This document shows positions 27,229 through 36,544 of a stretch of 64,000 nt of DNA, in pieces. Position 1 is the stretch's first letter. Each line of letters opens with the position of its first letter. The position numbers and the translations under genes are program-made. A model generated the notes under the pieces. That model saw only the letters and a program-made list of their open reading frames with translations, was not told the origin of the DNA and did not search any database. This stretch comes from Thermoplasmata archaeon UBA61 (lineage in GTDB: Archaea > Thermoplasmatota > Thermoplasmata > Lutacidiplasmatales > UBA184). The DNA lies in NCBI GenBank assembly GCA_002503985.1, contig DASW01000003.1, forward strand, positions 221,394 to 285,393. The letters run 5' to 3'.

Positions 27229-28992
27229 ATGGCGGAAGAGGAGACCCCACGAGACCGCCGTTGGGCGGTCCCGCTCACCCTCATCCCCGCCGGGATCCTC
27301 GCGCTGTTCTGGTTCTGGGGCCGTCCGACCCTCATCGCGTTCGGTCTGCTCGTGGCGGCGATGGCCGCCATCTTCACGATCTTCTACCTCGGCCTTTCCT
27401 ACAACGGCTCCCGCTCGATGCTGTACGGGCTCAAGCCGCTCACGACCCGGATGCCGGCGGTCACTCAGCCGAAGGGCCACGTCCACTTCCGGACGAAGCT
27501 GTTCTGGACGCTCGGGATCCTGCTCCTCTACTTCCTGCTGACGAACATCTACCTGTTCGGCGTTGACCAGCTGACCGTCATCGACCTGTTCCACAGCTAC
27601 CGCGCGATTCTCGCCGGGGCGCAAGGCACGCTCATGCACCTCGGGATCGGCCCGATCGTCACCGGGTCGATCATCATGCAGCTGTTCACCGGCGCGAAGA
27701 TCATCAACCTCGACCTCACCGACGACGAGGACAAAGGGGTCTACCAGGGGACTCAGAAGGTCATCGTCGTCGCGATGATCTTCATCGAGGCGATCCCCCA
27801 GGTCTACGGCTACCTCTCCCCCTCGGGTTCCCTCGTCTCGAGCCTCGGGACCATCTCCCCCGGCAACGGCCTCCTGCTCGCGAACGTCATCATCATCGCC
27901 CAGCTCGTCTTCGGCAGCTACCTCGTCTTCCTGATGGACGAGGTCGTCTCGAAGTGGGGGATCGGGAGCGGGATCTCGCTGTTCATCGCCGCGGGCGTCT
28001 CGCAGCAGATCGTCCAAGGTACGCTCAACTGGGTGCCGGGGAATCCCGGGCCCGTCACGGCGCAGAATCCTCCGAGCGGAGCGATCCCGAAGACGCTCTG
28101 GTTCTTCTCCCACTACACCGCGAGCCAGATGGCCGGCGGGGGCTGGGAGCAGGTCCTGTTACGACAGCCGAACCCGCTGGTCGCGCTCGTCGGCACGGCG
28201 GCGATCTTCTTCCTCGTGGCGTGGACCGAGTCGACGCGCATCGAGCTCCCGCTCTCGCACGCCGAGGCGCGGGGCGCCCGCGGCCGCTACCCGCTCCGCC
28301 TGATCTACGCGTCGAACATCCCGGTCATCCTGATGTCGGCGTTGCTCGCCAACGTCTCGATGGTGACGATCCTTTTGTGGACCAACCCGACGCTGATCCA
28401 CTTCCCGGTCCTCGGCCACCAGTGGTGGATCGGGGCGTACCCGACCGCGACCCAAGCGACGTTGTTAGGGGTCAGTCAAACGACCCCGATCAGCGGCGGC
28501 GCGTATTACCTCTCGACGGTCAACGGCCTCGAGGCTTGGCTGTTACCGATCCTGAACTACCAGGAGTACGGTGGGTTCCTCGTCGGCCACGCCTGGTGGC
28601 AGGGCTTGCTCCACGTGGCGGTCTACTTCGGCGCGATGGTCGGTGGGTCGATCCTGTTCGCCAAGTTCTGGATCCAGACGACCAACATGGGCCCGGAGGC
28701 CGTCGCGCGCCAGATCGAAGCGTCCGGCATGCAGATCCCCGGCTTCCGTAGAGAACCCCGGGTGTTGCGCCGGGTCCTCGAACGGTACATCCCCGTGATC
28801 ACCGTCATCTCGGGGGCCGCGGTCGGCGCGCTCGCCGCCGGGGCGGACCTCATCGGTACCTTAGGGAATGCCTCCGGAACCGGTGTCCTCCTGATGGTCG
28901 GGATCATCATCAACCTCTACCAGGCGATGGGCCGCGAACAGCAGATGGAGATGAACCCGCTCCTGCGTCGGTTCCTCGGAGGCGAGTCCTGA
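27229..28992 (+). CDS. secY: preprotein translocase subunit SecY, with N-terminal 63-aa extension (two predicted TM helices)
   Basis: The canonical SecY N-terminus (MLYGLKPLTTRMPAVTQPKGHVHFRTKLFWT...) begins at the internal Met at 27418. The upstream 63 aa are in frame and hydrophobic. Confidence 0.88.
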   Translation: MAEEETPRDRRWAVPLTLIPAGILALFWFWGRPTLIAFGLLVAAMAAIFTIFYLGLSYNGSRSMLYGLKPLTTRMPAVTQPKGHVHFRTKLFWTLGILLLYFLLTNIYLFGVDQLTVIDLFHSYRAILAGAQGTLMHLGIGPIVTGSIIMQLFTGAKIINLDLTDDEDKGVYQGTQKVIVVAMIFIEAIPQVYGYLSPSGSLVSSLGTISPGNGLLLANVIIIAQLVFGSYLVFLMDEVVSKWGIGSGISLFIAAGVSQQIVQGTLNWVPGNPGPVTAQNPPSGAIPKTLWFFSHYTASQMAGGGWEQVLLRQPNPLVALVGTAAIFFLVAWTESTRIELPLSHAEARGARGRYPLRLIYASNIPVILMSALLANVSMVTILLWTNPTLIHFPVLGHQWWIGAYPTATQATLLGVSQTTPISGGAYYLSTVNGLEAWLLPILNYQEYGGFLVGHAWWQGLLHVAVYFGAMVGGSILFAKFWIQTTNMGPEAVARQIEASGMQIPGFRREPRVLRRVLERYIPVITVISGAAVGALAAGADLIGTLGNASGTGVLLMVGIIINLYQAMGREQQMEMNPLLRRFLGGES

Positions 28993-29843
28993 TGAGCGGG
29001 GACGGAAAGCCGTTGCCCTCCGCGGCGGACGTCGCCGCCGAGCCCCTTCCCACAGGCGGAGGAGCCGAGCCCGAGGAGCCGGAGGAGGCCCCGGCGAGCG
29101 AGGAGGCCGAGCCCAAGCCCGCCGCTCGTCCGGCGCGGCCCCCGCCCGCTCCCTTCAAGATCTCGACCTTCGTCTACGTGTTCCTCGGCCTCCTCGGCCT
29201 GTGGATGCTCATCGACTCGAGCGCACGGAACTCGATCGCCGGTCTGCTCGGGACGGGTCCCGGTACTCCGGGACCGCTCTACTGGTTGATCGGGTTCAAC
29301 TCGGACTACCTTCTCCTCACGATGGCGCTCGCCGGCGCAATCGAGATGTTCGTCACGTCGGTCGCGTACAACTACACGACGAACTGGATCAAGGCCGCGA
29401 AGGTCCAGAAGTGGAGCTCGGCGTTCCGCAAGGTGCAGATGGAGGCGATCCGCTCCGGCAAGAAGGACCGGATCGCGGCGCTCAAGCCCCAGCAGGAGAA
29501 GCTCACCCGGCTCTCGGGCGAGGTCTCGATCGCGCAGTTCAAGGGGATGGCGATCACCTACTTCCTGCTCATCCTGATCTACTCGTGGGTCGGGCTCACG
29601 ATTTCGGCCGCGAACGTGGTCCAAAAGACGGTCAGCTTCGGCACGGGAAGCTCGGTCGTGCTGACCAGCACCGTCGGGAGCCTGCCGATCCCCATCTGGT
29701 TCATCATCTTCAGCCTCTACACGGTGCCGTTCTCGCTGGTGTTCCGCCGGGTACTGAAGGACTACTGGCTTCGGAGGTACGCGAACGAACACCACATCGC
29801 GCCCTTCGCCCCCGGCCCGCCACCGGCCGGGGGGTTGGTGTGA
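28992..29843 (+). CDS. DUF106 family membrane protein (archaeal Oxa1/YidC-like insertase homolog)
   Basis: TM and coiled-coil architecture at the canonical post-secY position, with an acidic/Pro-rich N-terminus. Confidence 0.65.
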   Translation: MSGDGKPLPSAADVAAEPLPTGGGAEPEEPEEAPASEEAEPKPAARPARPPPAPFKISTFVYVFLGLLGLWMLIDSSARNSIAGLLGTGPGTPGPLYWLIGFNSDYLLLTMALAGAIEMFVTSVAYNYTTNWIKAAKVQKWSSAFRKVQMEAIRSGKKDRIAALKPQQEKLTRLSGEVSIAQFKGMAITYFLLILIYSWVGLTISAANVVQKTVSFGTGSSVVLTSTVGSLPIPIWFIIFSLYTVPFSLVFRRVLKDYWLRRYANEHHIAPFAPGPPPAGGLV

Positions 29844-30388
29844 CCGGAGCCGTCGTCACGATCGGAGGACCGCCTGGGAGCGGCAAGTCGACCGCCGGGC
29901 AACTCGTTGCGACCTCCCTCGGCCTTGAGTTCTGCTCGGTCGGCGAACTCTTCCGCGCCGAGGCCCGCCGCCACCAGATGGACCTCGCGGAGTTCGGACG
30001 GTTCGCGGCTTCCCATCCGGAGGTCGACCGGGAGCTCGACCAGCACATGCAGTCGCTCGCCCTCCCGGGCCATCTCCTCGAAGGGCGGATCCAGGGAGCC
30101 CTGTGCCGTCGCGCCGGCGTCCGCGTCCACGACGTCGTCGTGACCGCTCGGGAGGAGGTGCGCGTGCGCCGGGTCGCGGACCGGGACGGCCAGCCGCTCG
30201 AGGAGGCTCGGGCCAAGGTACACGAGCGCGAGGCGGTCGAACGCGACCGTTACCGGCGGTTCTACGGGATCGACCTCGACGCGGAGCGTCCGGACCTCGT
30301 GGTCGATTCGAGCGACCGACCGCCCCTCGTGGTGGCGGACGCGATCCTCACTTTCGTACGGGACCGCGAAGGGGCGGCGCTCGGATGA
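29840..30388 (+). CDS. cmk: cytidylate kinase (archaeal type)
   Basis: GTG start overlapping the previous stop (GTGA). Translation is (M)TGAVVTIGGPPGSGKST... Confidence 0.8.
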   Translation: MTGAVVTIGGPPGSGKSTAGQLVATSLGLEFCSVGELFRAEARRHQMDLAEFGRFAASHPEVDRELDQHMQSLALPGHLLEGRIQGALCRRAGVRVHDVVVTAREEVRVRRVADRDGQPLEEARAKVHEREAVERDRYRRFYGIDLDAERPDLVVDSSDRPPLVVADAILTFVRDREGAALG

Positions 30389-31344
30389 CCGACCCGCCCG
30401 CGGCCGACGCGGTGGACGCTCGCCTGCGGGAGGGGGCGTTCCTTCTTATCGACAAGCCGAGGGGACCGTCCTCCCACCAGGTCACAGCGTGGGCGCGCGA
30501 CCTGCTCGGGGTCTCCGTCGCGGGGCACGCCGGCACCCTCGACCCCAACGTCTCGGGCCTTCTCTGGGTCGGGGTCGGGCCCGCGCTCAAGCTCTTGCCG
30601 CTCGTCCTCGAGTTCCCGAAGCGGTACATCGCCTCGGTGGTCCTTCATGGGCCCGTTCCGGTCCGGGAGGTCCAGCGTGTCCTCGCGGAGTTCTTGGGAC
30701 CGATCTACCAGACCCCGCCCGTCCGCTCCGCGGTGAAGCGGGAGCGGCGGGTCCGCACGATCCACCGGCTCGAGCTCGTCGAAGCCGACGGGCCGCGCCT
30801 TCTCCTCGACCTGACCGCCGACTCGGGAACGTACGTGCGCACCCTCGCCGTCGACGTCGGTGAGGCGCTCGGCCTGGGGGGTCACATGGAGGAGCTGCGA
30901 CGGGTCGCGAACGGTCCCTTCCGGGAGTCGGACGCGGTCCCCCTCGCGGTGCTCGCGGACGCGGCCGCCGCGCGCGCCGCCGGCGACACCGCTCCTCTGC
31001 TCGCGCTCCTCCACCCGATCGACGAGGTCTGGCGAGAGTTCCCGACGATCGTCGTCAAGGACGGGGCCGCGAGCGCGCTCGCCCACGGCGCCGGGCTCGC
31101 GAGCGGCGGAATCCTCGCACTCCCGAAGCCGTTCTCCCGGGGCGCCCGCGTGACGCTGGTCACGCGCTCCGGCGAGCTCGTGGCGACCGGCGTCGCGCTG
31201 CGAGGCTCGGACGAGGTCGGCCACGTGAAGCACGGCTGGGTGGTCGACGAGACCCGGGTCTTCGTCGACCCCACCCGGTTCCCGGCGCTTTGGCACCGCG
31301 CCGAGCGCCCCGAGAGCGCGCGGACCCGTCCCGCCGACGGATAG
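30385..31344 (+). CDS. truB: tRNA pseudouridine synthase B / Cbf5 (with PUA domain)
   Basis: Has the HAGTLDP catalytic Asp motif. ATGA overlap with cmk. Confidence 0.85.
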   Translation: MTDPPAADAVDARLREGAFLLIDKPRGPSSHQVTAWARDLLGVSVAGHAGTLDPNVSGLLWVGVGPALKLLPLVLEFPKRYIASVVLHGPVPVREVQRVLAEFLGPIYQTPPVRSAVKRERRVRTIHRLELVEADGPRLLLDLTADSGTYVRTLAVDVGEALGLGGHMEELRRVANGPFRESDAVPLAVLADAAAARAAGDTAPLLALLHPIDEVWREFPTIVVKDGAASALAHGAGLASGGILALPKPFSRGARVTLVTRSGELVATGVALRGSDEVGHVKHGWVVDETRVFVDPTRFPALWHRAERPESARTRPADG

Positions 31345-31372
31345 CGTTATTTCGGAGGCCCTTTCCGACAGC

Positions 31373-34300
31373 GTGATGGAGCGCCACCCCGCGGGTCGAC
31401 CGACGAACGGGGGCGGGTTCTTCGAGGGGTTGGCGCGCTGGGTCGTCCGCCACCCGTGGCACCCGGTCATCTTCTGGATCGCTCTCCTGCTCGTCACCGT
31501 CCCTTTCCTCCCCCTGCTCGGGTCGGTGACGACCAATTCGGCCACGAGCCTGCCCGCGAACTCCCCGAGCGGGAGGGCAAGCGCCGAGCTAGCCCGACTG
31601 TTCCCGAGCGACCCCGGAGCCTCCTCGACCCAGCTCCTGTTCTACGGGCCGGACCTCACGAGCGCGAACGCGCAGCGTGTCATCTTGAACGTGAGCGCGG
31701 CCATCTCCTCCGACAGCTCGCTCAAGGACGTCCTCGACGTCACGAGCGTCTACAGCGAGTACGCTTCGTTCCTCGCCGGCCAGGCCGAGCTCGCGAACGG
31801 CGTCCTCCAGGGGGCGCTCTCGAACGCCACCCCCTTGCCACTGGCGGTCAACGAGTCCGCGCAGCTCCTCTGGGGGGGTCCGGCGCTGTTCTTCGGGACC
31901 TGGTCTAGCCTGGTCGAAGCGAGCAGCTGCCACCCGACCCCGGCGGCGTGCAACTATCCTGCCTACGAGACGACCGCCGCCGCGCTCGCGGGCTCGACCC
32001 CGGCGCTCGAGGTGTTGAGTGCGTTCTACAACGGGTACAACGGCTCGGGCTCGGGGTTCAACAGCACCACCACCGGTTGCGCGATCGATGCCGGCGACCC
32101 TGTGACGGCCGTCGCCTGCACTAATGCCGCGGCCCGGGCGAACGAAGTTCCCCTCATCCCGGCCCTCGTTCCGGTTCCGTCCGAGCAGGTCGTCCCGAAC
32201 GTCGTGCTCGGAGTTCTGGGGGTCGAGAACTCCACCCTCTGGCCGAGCGTCCAAGAGGTCGTCACCCTGGTCCTCTCGCCGACCGCGGGGCTCCCGGCGA
32301 GCTTCCTCGGGCTGGTGTGGGACGCCTTCCCGCACGGGTTCCCGAACCCGGCGGCTCCGCTCTCCTGGGCGAATGCCACCGTCGCCAACGCGACCCTCGC
32401 GACCGAGCCGCTACCCGTGCCGTTTGCGATCTACTCGCCGTTCGTCGCGGCCGCCGGCACGGCGACGATCATCCAGGTCGACTTCTCCGTGTCGGACGAC
32501 TACACCGACGCCTCGGGAGGACAACCGGTCTACTCCGACCTCGGGAAGCTGGACTCCCTCGTCCCGTCCGTGGTCGAGAGGTCCGATTCGACGCGGTCGA
32601 TCTCCTACGTGCAGACGGGCTCTGCGCCCCTCGACCTGCTGACCCAGACGGCCGTGAACTCGTCGATCGCCCTCGTCCTTCCTCTCACGGTCGGGCTGCT
32701 GCTCGCCATCGCGATGCTCTACTTCCGCTCCCCCGTGACGCCGCTCGTCACGTTCGCGGGGCTGGGGATCGCGCTCATCCTGGGGCTCGGTGCCACCGTC
32801 CTGGTCGGGACCGTGGTCGGTCACGTCGACACGACCTCGATCACGCTCGAGGAGGTGTTCGTCCTCGGGGTCGGGACCGACTACGCGATCTTCCTGGTCG
32901 CGCGGTACCGCGAAGAGCTCGTCCAGGGGAAGAGCAGCGACGAGGCGCTCGTCACCGCGGTCTCATGGGCCGGTCGGTCCGTCGCCACCAGCGGCTCGGC
33001 GGCTATCATCGCGACCCTCGCGCTCACCTTCAGCGGCGTCGCCCTCCTCTCCCAGTGGGGCTCCGTCCTTTCCCTCGCCGTGTTCATCACGCTCGCGCTC
33101 TCCCTGACGCTCATCCCGGCGTTCGTGAAACTCCTCGGCCCGAGGATCTTCTGGCCCTACACCGGTCAGCGGTTCGCCCGTCACGCGACGATCGTCGCCG
33201 GCCGGCTGCGCGGCGAGAACACGTACTTCTACCGCGCGGGACGGGCAACGCAACGGCGTCCCTGGACGTTCGTCACCGTGCTGCTGGTCGTCTCGATCCC
33301 GCTCGTCGCGGTCGCGCTCACGGCCCCGGTCGCCTACGACTTCTATGCTCAGTTGCCGAGCGGCCATCCCGCGACCGACGGCCTCAATGACCTCGGAAAT
33401 TACTTCGGCAACGGGTTCGCGGTCCCCTCGTTCGCCCTTGTGACGTTCTCCGCTCCGCTCGTCGTCGCGAACACGACGAACGCGAGCGAGTTCACCGACA
33501 TCGCGGTCCTCACCGCGAGGGCCGGTGCCGCGTCGGGGATCGCGGTGGTGCAGTCCCCGGTCGGACCGTTCGGAACGAGCCTGGCGAACTGGCTCAACCT
33601 CTCGACGCTCCCGGTCGGGACCCGCGCGAACCTGATCGGGACGCTCTCCGGATTCGTGGGGACCGATGGTCGGACGGTCCTCATCGACCTCCAGCCGTCC
33701 TCGACGGGGCTCTCCCTCTCTGCCGTGGACGCGGTCAAGGCCGTCGAGTCGTCGTGGGGGACCTATGCCGACTCGCATCCCGAGATCGTCCAGATGGCGT
33801 ACGGGGGCGGAGCACCGGTGATCAGCGACCTCGCGGACCAGACCTCGGCCGCGACCGACCTCATGATCATCGCGGTCACGGTCGGGCTCGTCATCGTCCT
33901 GCTCGCTGTACTTCGGTCGTGGATCATCGCCCTCATGGGGGTCGCGACGATCGGGCTCTCGATCAGCTGGGCGTGGGCGGTCTCCGACCTCGTCTTCCAG
34001 CAGCTGATGGGGTTGCCGCTCTTCTTCTACGTGAGGACGATCCTGTTCATCTTCATCCTGGGGCTCGGGATCGACTACAATATCTTCCTCTTGACCCGAA
34101 TCCGCGAGGAGCGGGTGCGGGGCCGCTCCAACACGGAGGCGGCGGTCGAAGGCGTCGCGCGGACGGGCGGCATCATCACCGCGGCGGCAGTCATCCTCGC
34201 GAGCGCGTTCGGGGCGCTCTTGGTCGGCTCGTTCACGCTGATCCGGGCGATCGGCTTCTCGGTCGCCGTCGCGGTGATCCTGGACGCGATGGTGGTGCGG

Positions 34301-34465
34301 ACGTACCTGGTCCCGGCGTCCCTCCAGGTGCTGGGGGAACGGGTGTGGACATGGTCCGGTCGGCGCCCGAAGGTCCCTGTCGGAACCCCGGGAGCAGCCC
34401 CGACGGAGGGGTCGGCCCTCTCTACCGAAACGACCGCGCAGGCCGAACCCGAGCCTACGGCGTAA
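31373..34465 (+). CDS. MMPL-domain RND-superfamily transporter with large extracytoplasmic domains
   Basis: 1030 aa. Two 6-TM MMPL halves (AIFLVARYREEL / YNIFLLTRIREE) are each preceded by large loops rich in N-x-S/T sequons. Confidence 0.8.
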   Translation: MMERHPAGRPTNGGGFFEGLARWVVRHPWHPVIFWIALLLVTVPFLPLLGSVTTNSATSLPANSPSGRASAELARLFPSDPGASSTQLLFYGPDLTSANAQRVILNVSAAISSDSSLKDVLDVTSVYSEYASFLAGQAELANGVLQGALSNATPLPLAVNESAQLLWGGPALFFGTWSSLVEASSCHPTPAACNYPAYETTAAALAGSTPALEVLSAFYNGYNGSGSGFNSTTTGCAIDAGDPVTAVACTNAAARANEVPLIPALVPVPSEQVVPNVVLGVLGVENSTLWPSVQEVVTLVLSPTAGLPASFLGLVWDAFPHGFPNPAAPLSWANATVANATLATEPLPVPFAIYSPFVAAAGTATIIQVDFSVSDDYTDASGGQPVYSDLGKLDSLVPSVVERSDSTRSISYVQTGSAPLDLLTQTAVNSSIALVLPLTVGLLLAIAMLYFRSPVTPLVTFAGLGIALILGLGATVLVGTVVGHVDTTSITLEEVFVLGVGTDYAIFLVARYREELVQGKSSDEALVTAVSWAGRSVATSGSAAIIATLALTFSGVALLSQWGSVLSLAVFITLALSLTLIPAFVKLLGPRIFWPYTGQRFARHATIVAGRLRGENTYFYRAGRATQRRPWTFVTVLLVVSIPLVAVALTAPVAYDFYAQLPSGHPATDGLNDLGNYFGNGFAVPSFALVTFSAPLVVANTTNASEFTDIAVLTARAGAASGIAVVQSPVGPFGTSLANWLNLSTLPVGTRANLIGTLSGFVGTDGRTVLIDLQPSSTGLSLSAVDAVKAVESSWGTYADSHPEIVQMAYGGGAPVISDLADQTSAATDLMIIAVTVGLVIVLLAVLRSWIIALMGVATIGLSISWAWAVSDLVFQQLMGLPLFFYVRTILFIFILGLGIDYNIFLLTRIREERVRGRSNTEAAVEGVARTGGIITAAAVILASAFGALLVGSFTLIRAIGFSVAVAVILDAMVVRTYLVPASLQVLGERVWTWSGRRPKVPVGTPGAAPTEGSALSTETTAQAEPEPTA

Positions 34466-34895
34466 GGAAGCGTGCGCGCGCCCGCTCGAGGTGCGGGTCC
34501 GGCGAAGAGGCTTCGATGACCTCGACCACCGTTCCGTGGCTGTCGATGAGGAAGGTCACCCGACGGGCCAGGCCCCGGGGCCCGAGGACCCCGTAGGCGG
34601 TGGCGACGCTCTTCGACTTGTCGGCGATGAGCGGGAACGCGATGCCGTACTTCTGGGCGAACGCTTTCTGCGCGGGGCAGTCGTCCACGCTAACGCCGAC
34701 GACCCGCACCTTCCGGGCGAGGTACTCGGCCTGCACATCCCGGAATCCCTTCGTCTCGATCGTGCAGCCGGGCGTGTCCGCCTTGGGGTAGAAGTAGAGG
34801 ACAACCGGCGACCCCTTGAGCGAGGAGAGGCGGAAGGGATTCCCGTCCTGGTCCGGCGCGACGAAATCGGGCGCGGTGTCTCCGGCAGCGATCAT
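34455..34895 (-). CDS. bcp: peroxiredoxin (Bcp / thiol peroxidase family)
   Basis: PGCT active-site motif. Confidence 0.85.
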   Translation of the reverse strand: MIAAGDTAPDFVAPDQDGNPFRLSSLKGSPVVLYFYPKADTPGCTIETKGFRDVQAEYLARKVRVVGVSVDDCPAQKAFAQKYGIAFPLIADKSKSVATAYGVLGPRGLARRVTFLIDSHGTVVEVIEASSPDPHLERARARFLTP

Positions 34896-34949
34896 GGCCG
34901 ACCCAGAAACGACGGGGTATTTGACGCGGGTGTCGAGCTCGGAGCGACT

Positions 34950-35186
34950 CTATCCCGTCGCGACCGTGACGAGCGTCTCGGTCGACTTGATCCCGGGCAC
35001 CTTGCGGATCCGGTGGACGACCGTGTCGAGCGCGGCGTTGATGTGCGGCGCCTGGACCTTCACGATGAGGTCGAACGGGCCGGTCACGGCCTCGACCTCG
35101 GTCACGCTCGGGACCGCCTTGAGACGCTTCAGAACCTCGTCGAGGCGCCCGACCTCGGTCTCGACCAGCAGGTAGAGGGTCTCCAT
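34950..35186 (-). CDS. stand-alone Lrp/AsnC ligand-binding (RAM) domain protein
   Basis: METLYLLVETEVGRLDEVLKRLKAVPSVTEVEAVTGPFDLIVKV... Starts at the internal Met of the 82-aa ORF. Confidence 0.6.
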   Translation of the reverse strand: METLYLLVETEVGRLDEVLKRLKAVPSVTEVEAVTGPFDLIVKVQAPHINAALDTVVHRIRKVPGIKSTETLVTVATG

Positions 35187-35302
35187 CCCGGAATGCACAC
35201 CCGCTTTCGGGAGCGCGTTTCCTCCCCATCAAGCTTCCGAAGCGGCGTTCGGGTAACCCGCTCCCAAAGCGTTATGCCCAAGAGACCCCCGATTCGTTCG
35301 CT

Positions 35303-36544
35303 ATGCCCCTCCGGTTGGAGGACACCCGCTCCGGGGAGCGCCGGACGGTCCGACCCCGACCCGGTCGCCCGGTAACGCTCTACGTATGCGGGCCGACGGT
35401 CTACGACGCGGCCCACGTGGGCCACGCCCGGACCTACCTGTTCTTCGACGTCGTCCGCCGCTTCCTCACCGCCGAGGGGACGCCGGTCTACCACGTGATG
35501 AACGTGACGGACTTCGAGGACAAGATCGACCACCGGGCGGCCGAGCTCGACCTCACCTGGCGCGCTCTCGCGCGACGGGAGGAGGCGGGCTTCTTCCGGG
35601 ACATGGGCGCGTTCGGGATCCTCCCGCCCGCTCAGCGGCCCCGGGCGAGCACGTTCGTTCCCGAGATCATCCGCGTGGTGGAAGCCCTCGCGAAGACGGG
35701 GCGGGTCCGCCGGGAAGGGGACGTCTGGATCTACTCGCCCCCGGACCGGCCGCTCGGCGAGAACTTCCCCACCGATTCGGAACTGGCCCGCCACGCGGTC
35801 GTCGAGCCCGAGCACCCGTTCCCTCGACGGGAGGGGGCGGTGGGCGAGTTCGTGGTCTGGAAGCGACAGGACCCCCCGCTCCCGTCCTGGAAGAGCCGAT
35901 GGGGCCCGGGGTCCCCCGGCTGGCACCTCGAATGTTACGCCATGGCCCGCCGCCTTCTCCGGCTCCCGGTGGACCTTCACGGAGGCGGCTTGGACCTGAT
36001 CTACCCGCATCACCACGCCGAGAACGCGATCGCCCTGGAGCTCGACCGGAAACCGTTCTCGCGGCTTTTCGTCCACACCGCCTTCGTCCTCCAGGACGGG
36101 GCGAAGATGTCGAAGTCGACGGGGAACCTCATCTCCCTGCGAACCGCGTTACGTCGGTCCAGCCCGGGCGGTCTCCGCTGGTACCTCCTATCGACCCCGT
36201 ACCGGGTCCGTCTCGGGTGGAACCCGCTCGCGCTCGACCGGGCGGACCGGGAGTACCGGGAGCTCCGCCGCCACATCGCCCGCTGGCTGACTCCGGGTGC
36301 GGGCGGAGCCCTCGGCGCCTCCCTGGCCCGCCGCCTGCTCGAGGGCACGCGACGCGACCTCGGTGAGGGGCTGGCGGCCGACCGGGTCATCGAACGGCTT
36401 CGCGAGTTCTCCTCCCAGCTCGCCCGGGACCCGAGCGAACGGGTGGCGCTCGGGGAACGGACGGCCGCGCGCGACGCGCTCCGAGGGGTCGAGGAGCGGA
36501 CCGGGATCCCGCTCCTTCCCGTCAGAGGCCCGAGCGGTCGATGA
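35303..36544 (+). CDS. cysS: cysteine--tRNA ligase
   Basis: Class I aaRS motifs (CGPTVYD, HVGHAR, KMSKS) plus the WHLECYAM zinc-site motif. Confidence 0.85.
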   Translation: MPLRLEDTRSGERRTVRPRPGRPVTLYVCGPTVYDAAHVGHARTYLFFDVVRRFLTAEGTPVYHVMNVTDFEDKIDHRAAELDLTWRALARREEAGFFRDMGAFGILPPAQRPRASTFVPEIIRVVEALAKTGRVRREGDVWIYSPPDRPLGENFPTDSELARHAVVEPEHPFPRREGAVGEFVVWKRQDPPLPSWKSRWGPGSPGWHLECYAMARRLLRLPVDLHGGGLDLIYPHHHAENAIALELDRKPFSRLFVHTAFVLQDGAKMSKSTGNLISLRTALRRSSPGGLRWYLLSTPYRVRLGWNPLALDRADREYRELRRHIARWLTPGAGGALGASLARRLLEGTRRDLGEGLAADRVIERLREFSSQLARDPSERVALGERTAARDALRGVEERTGIPLLPVRGPSGR

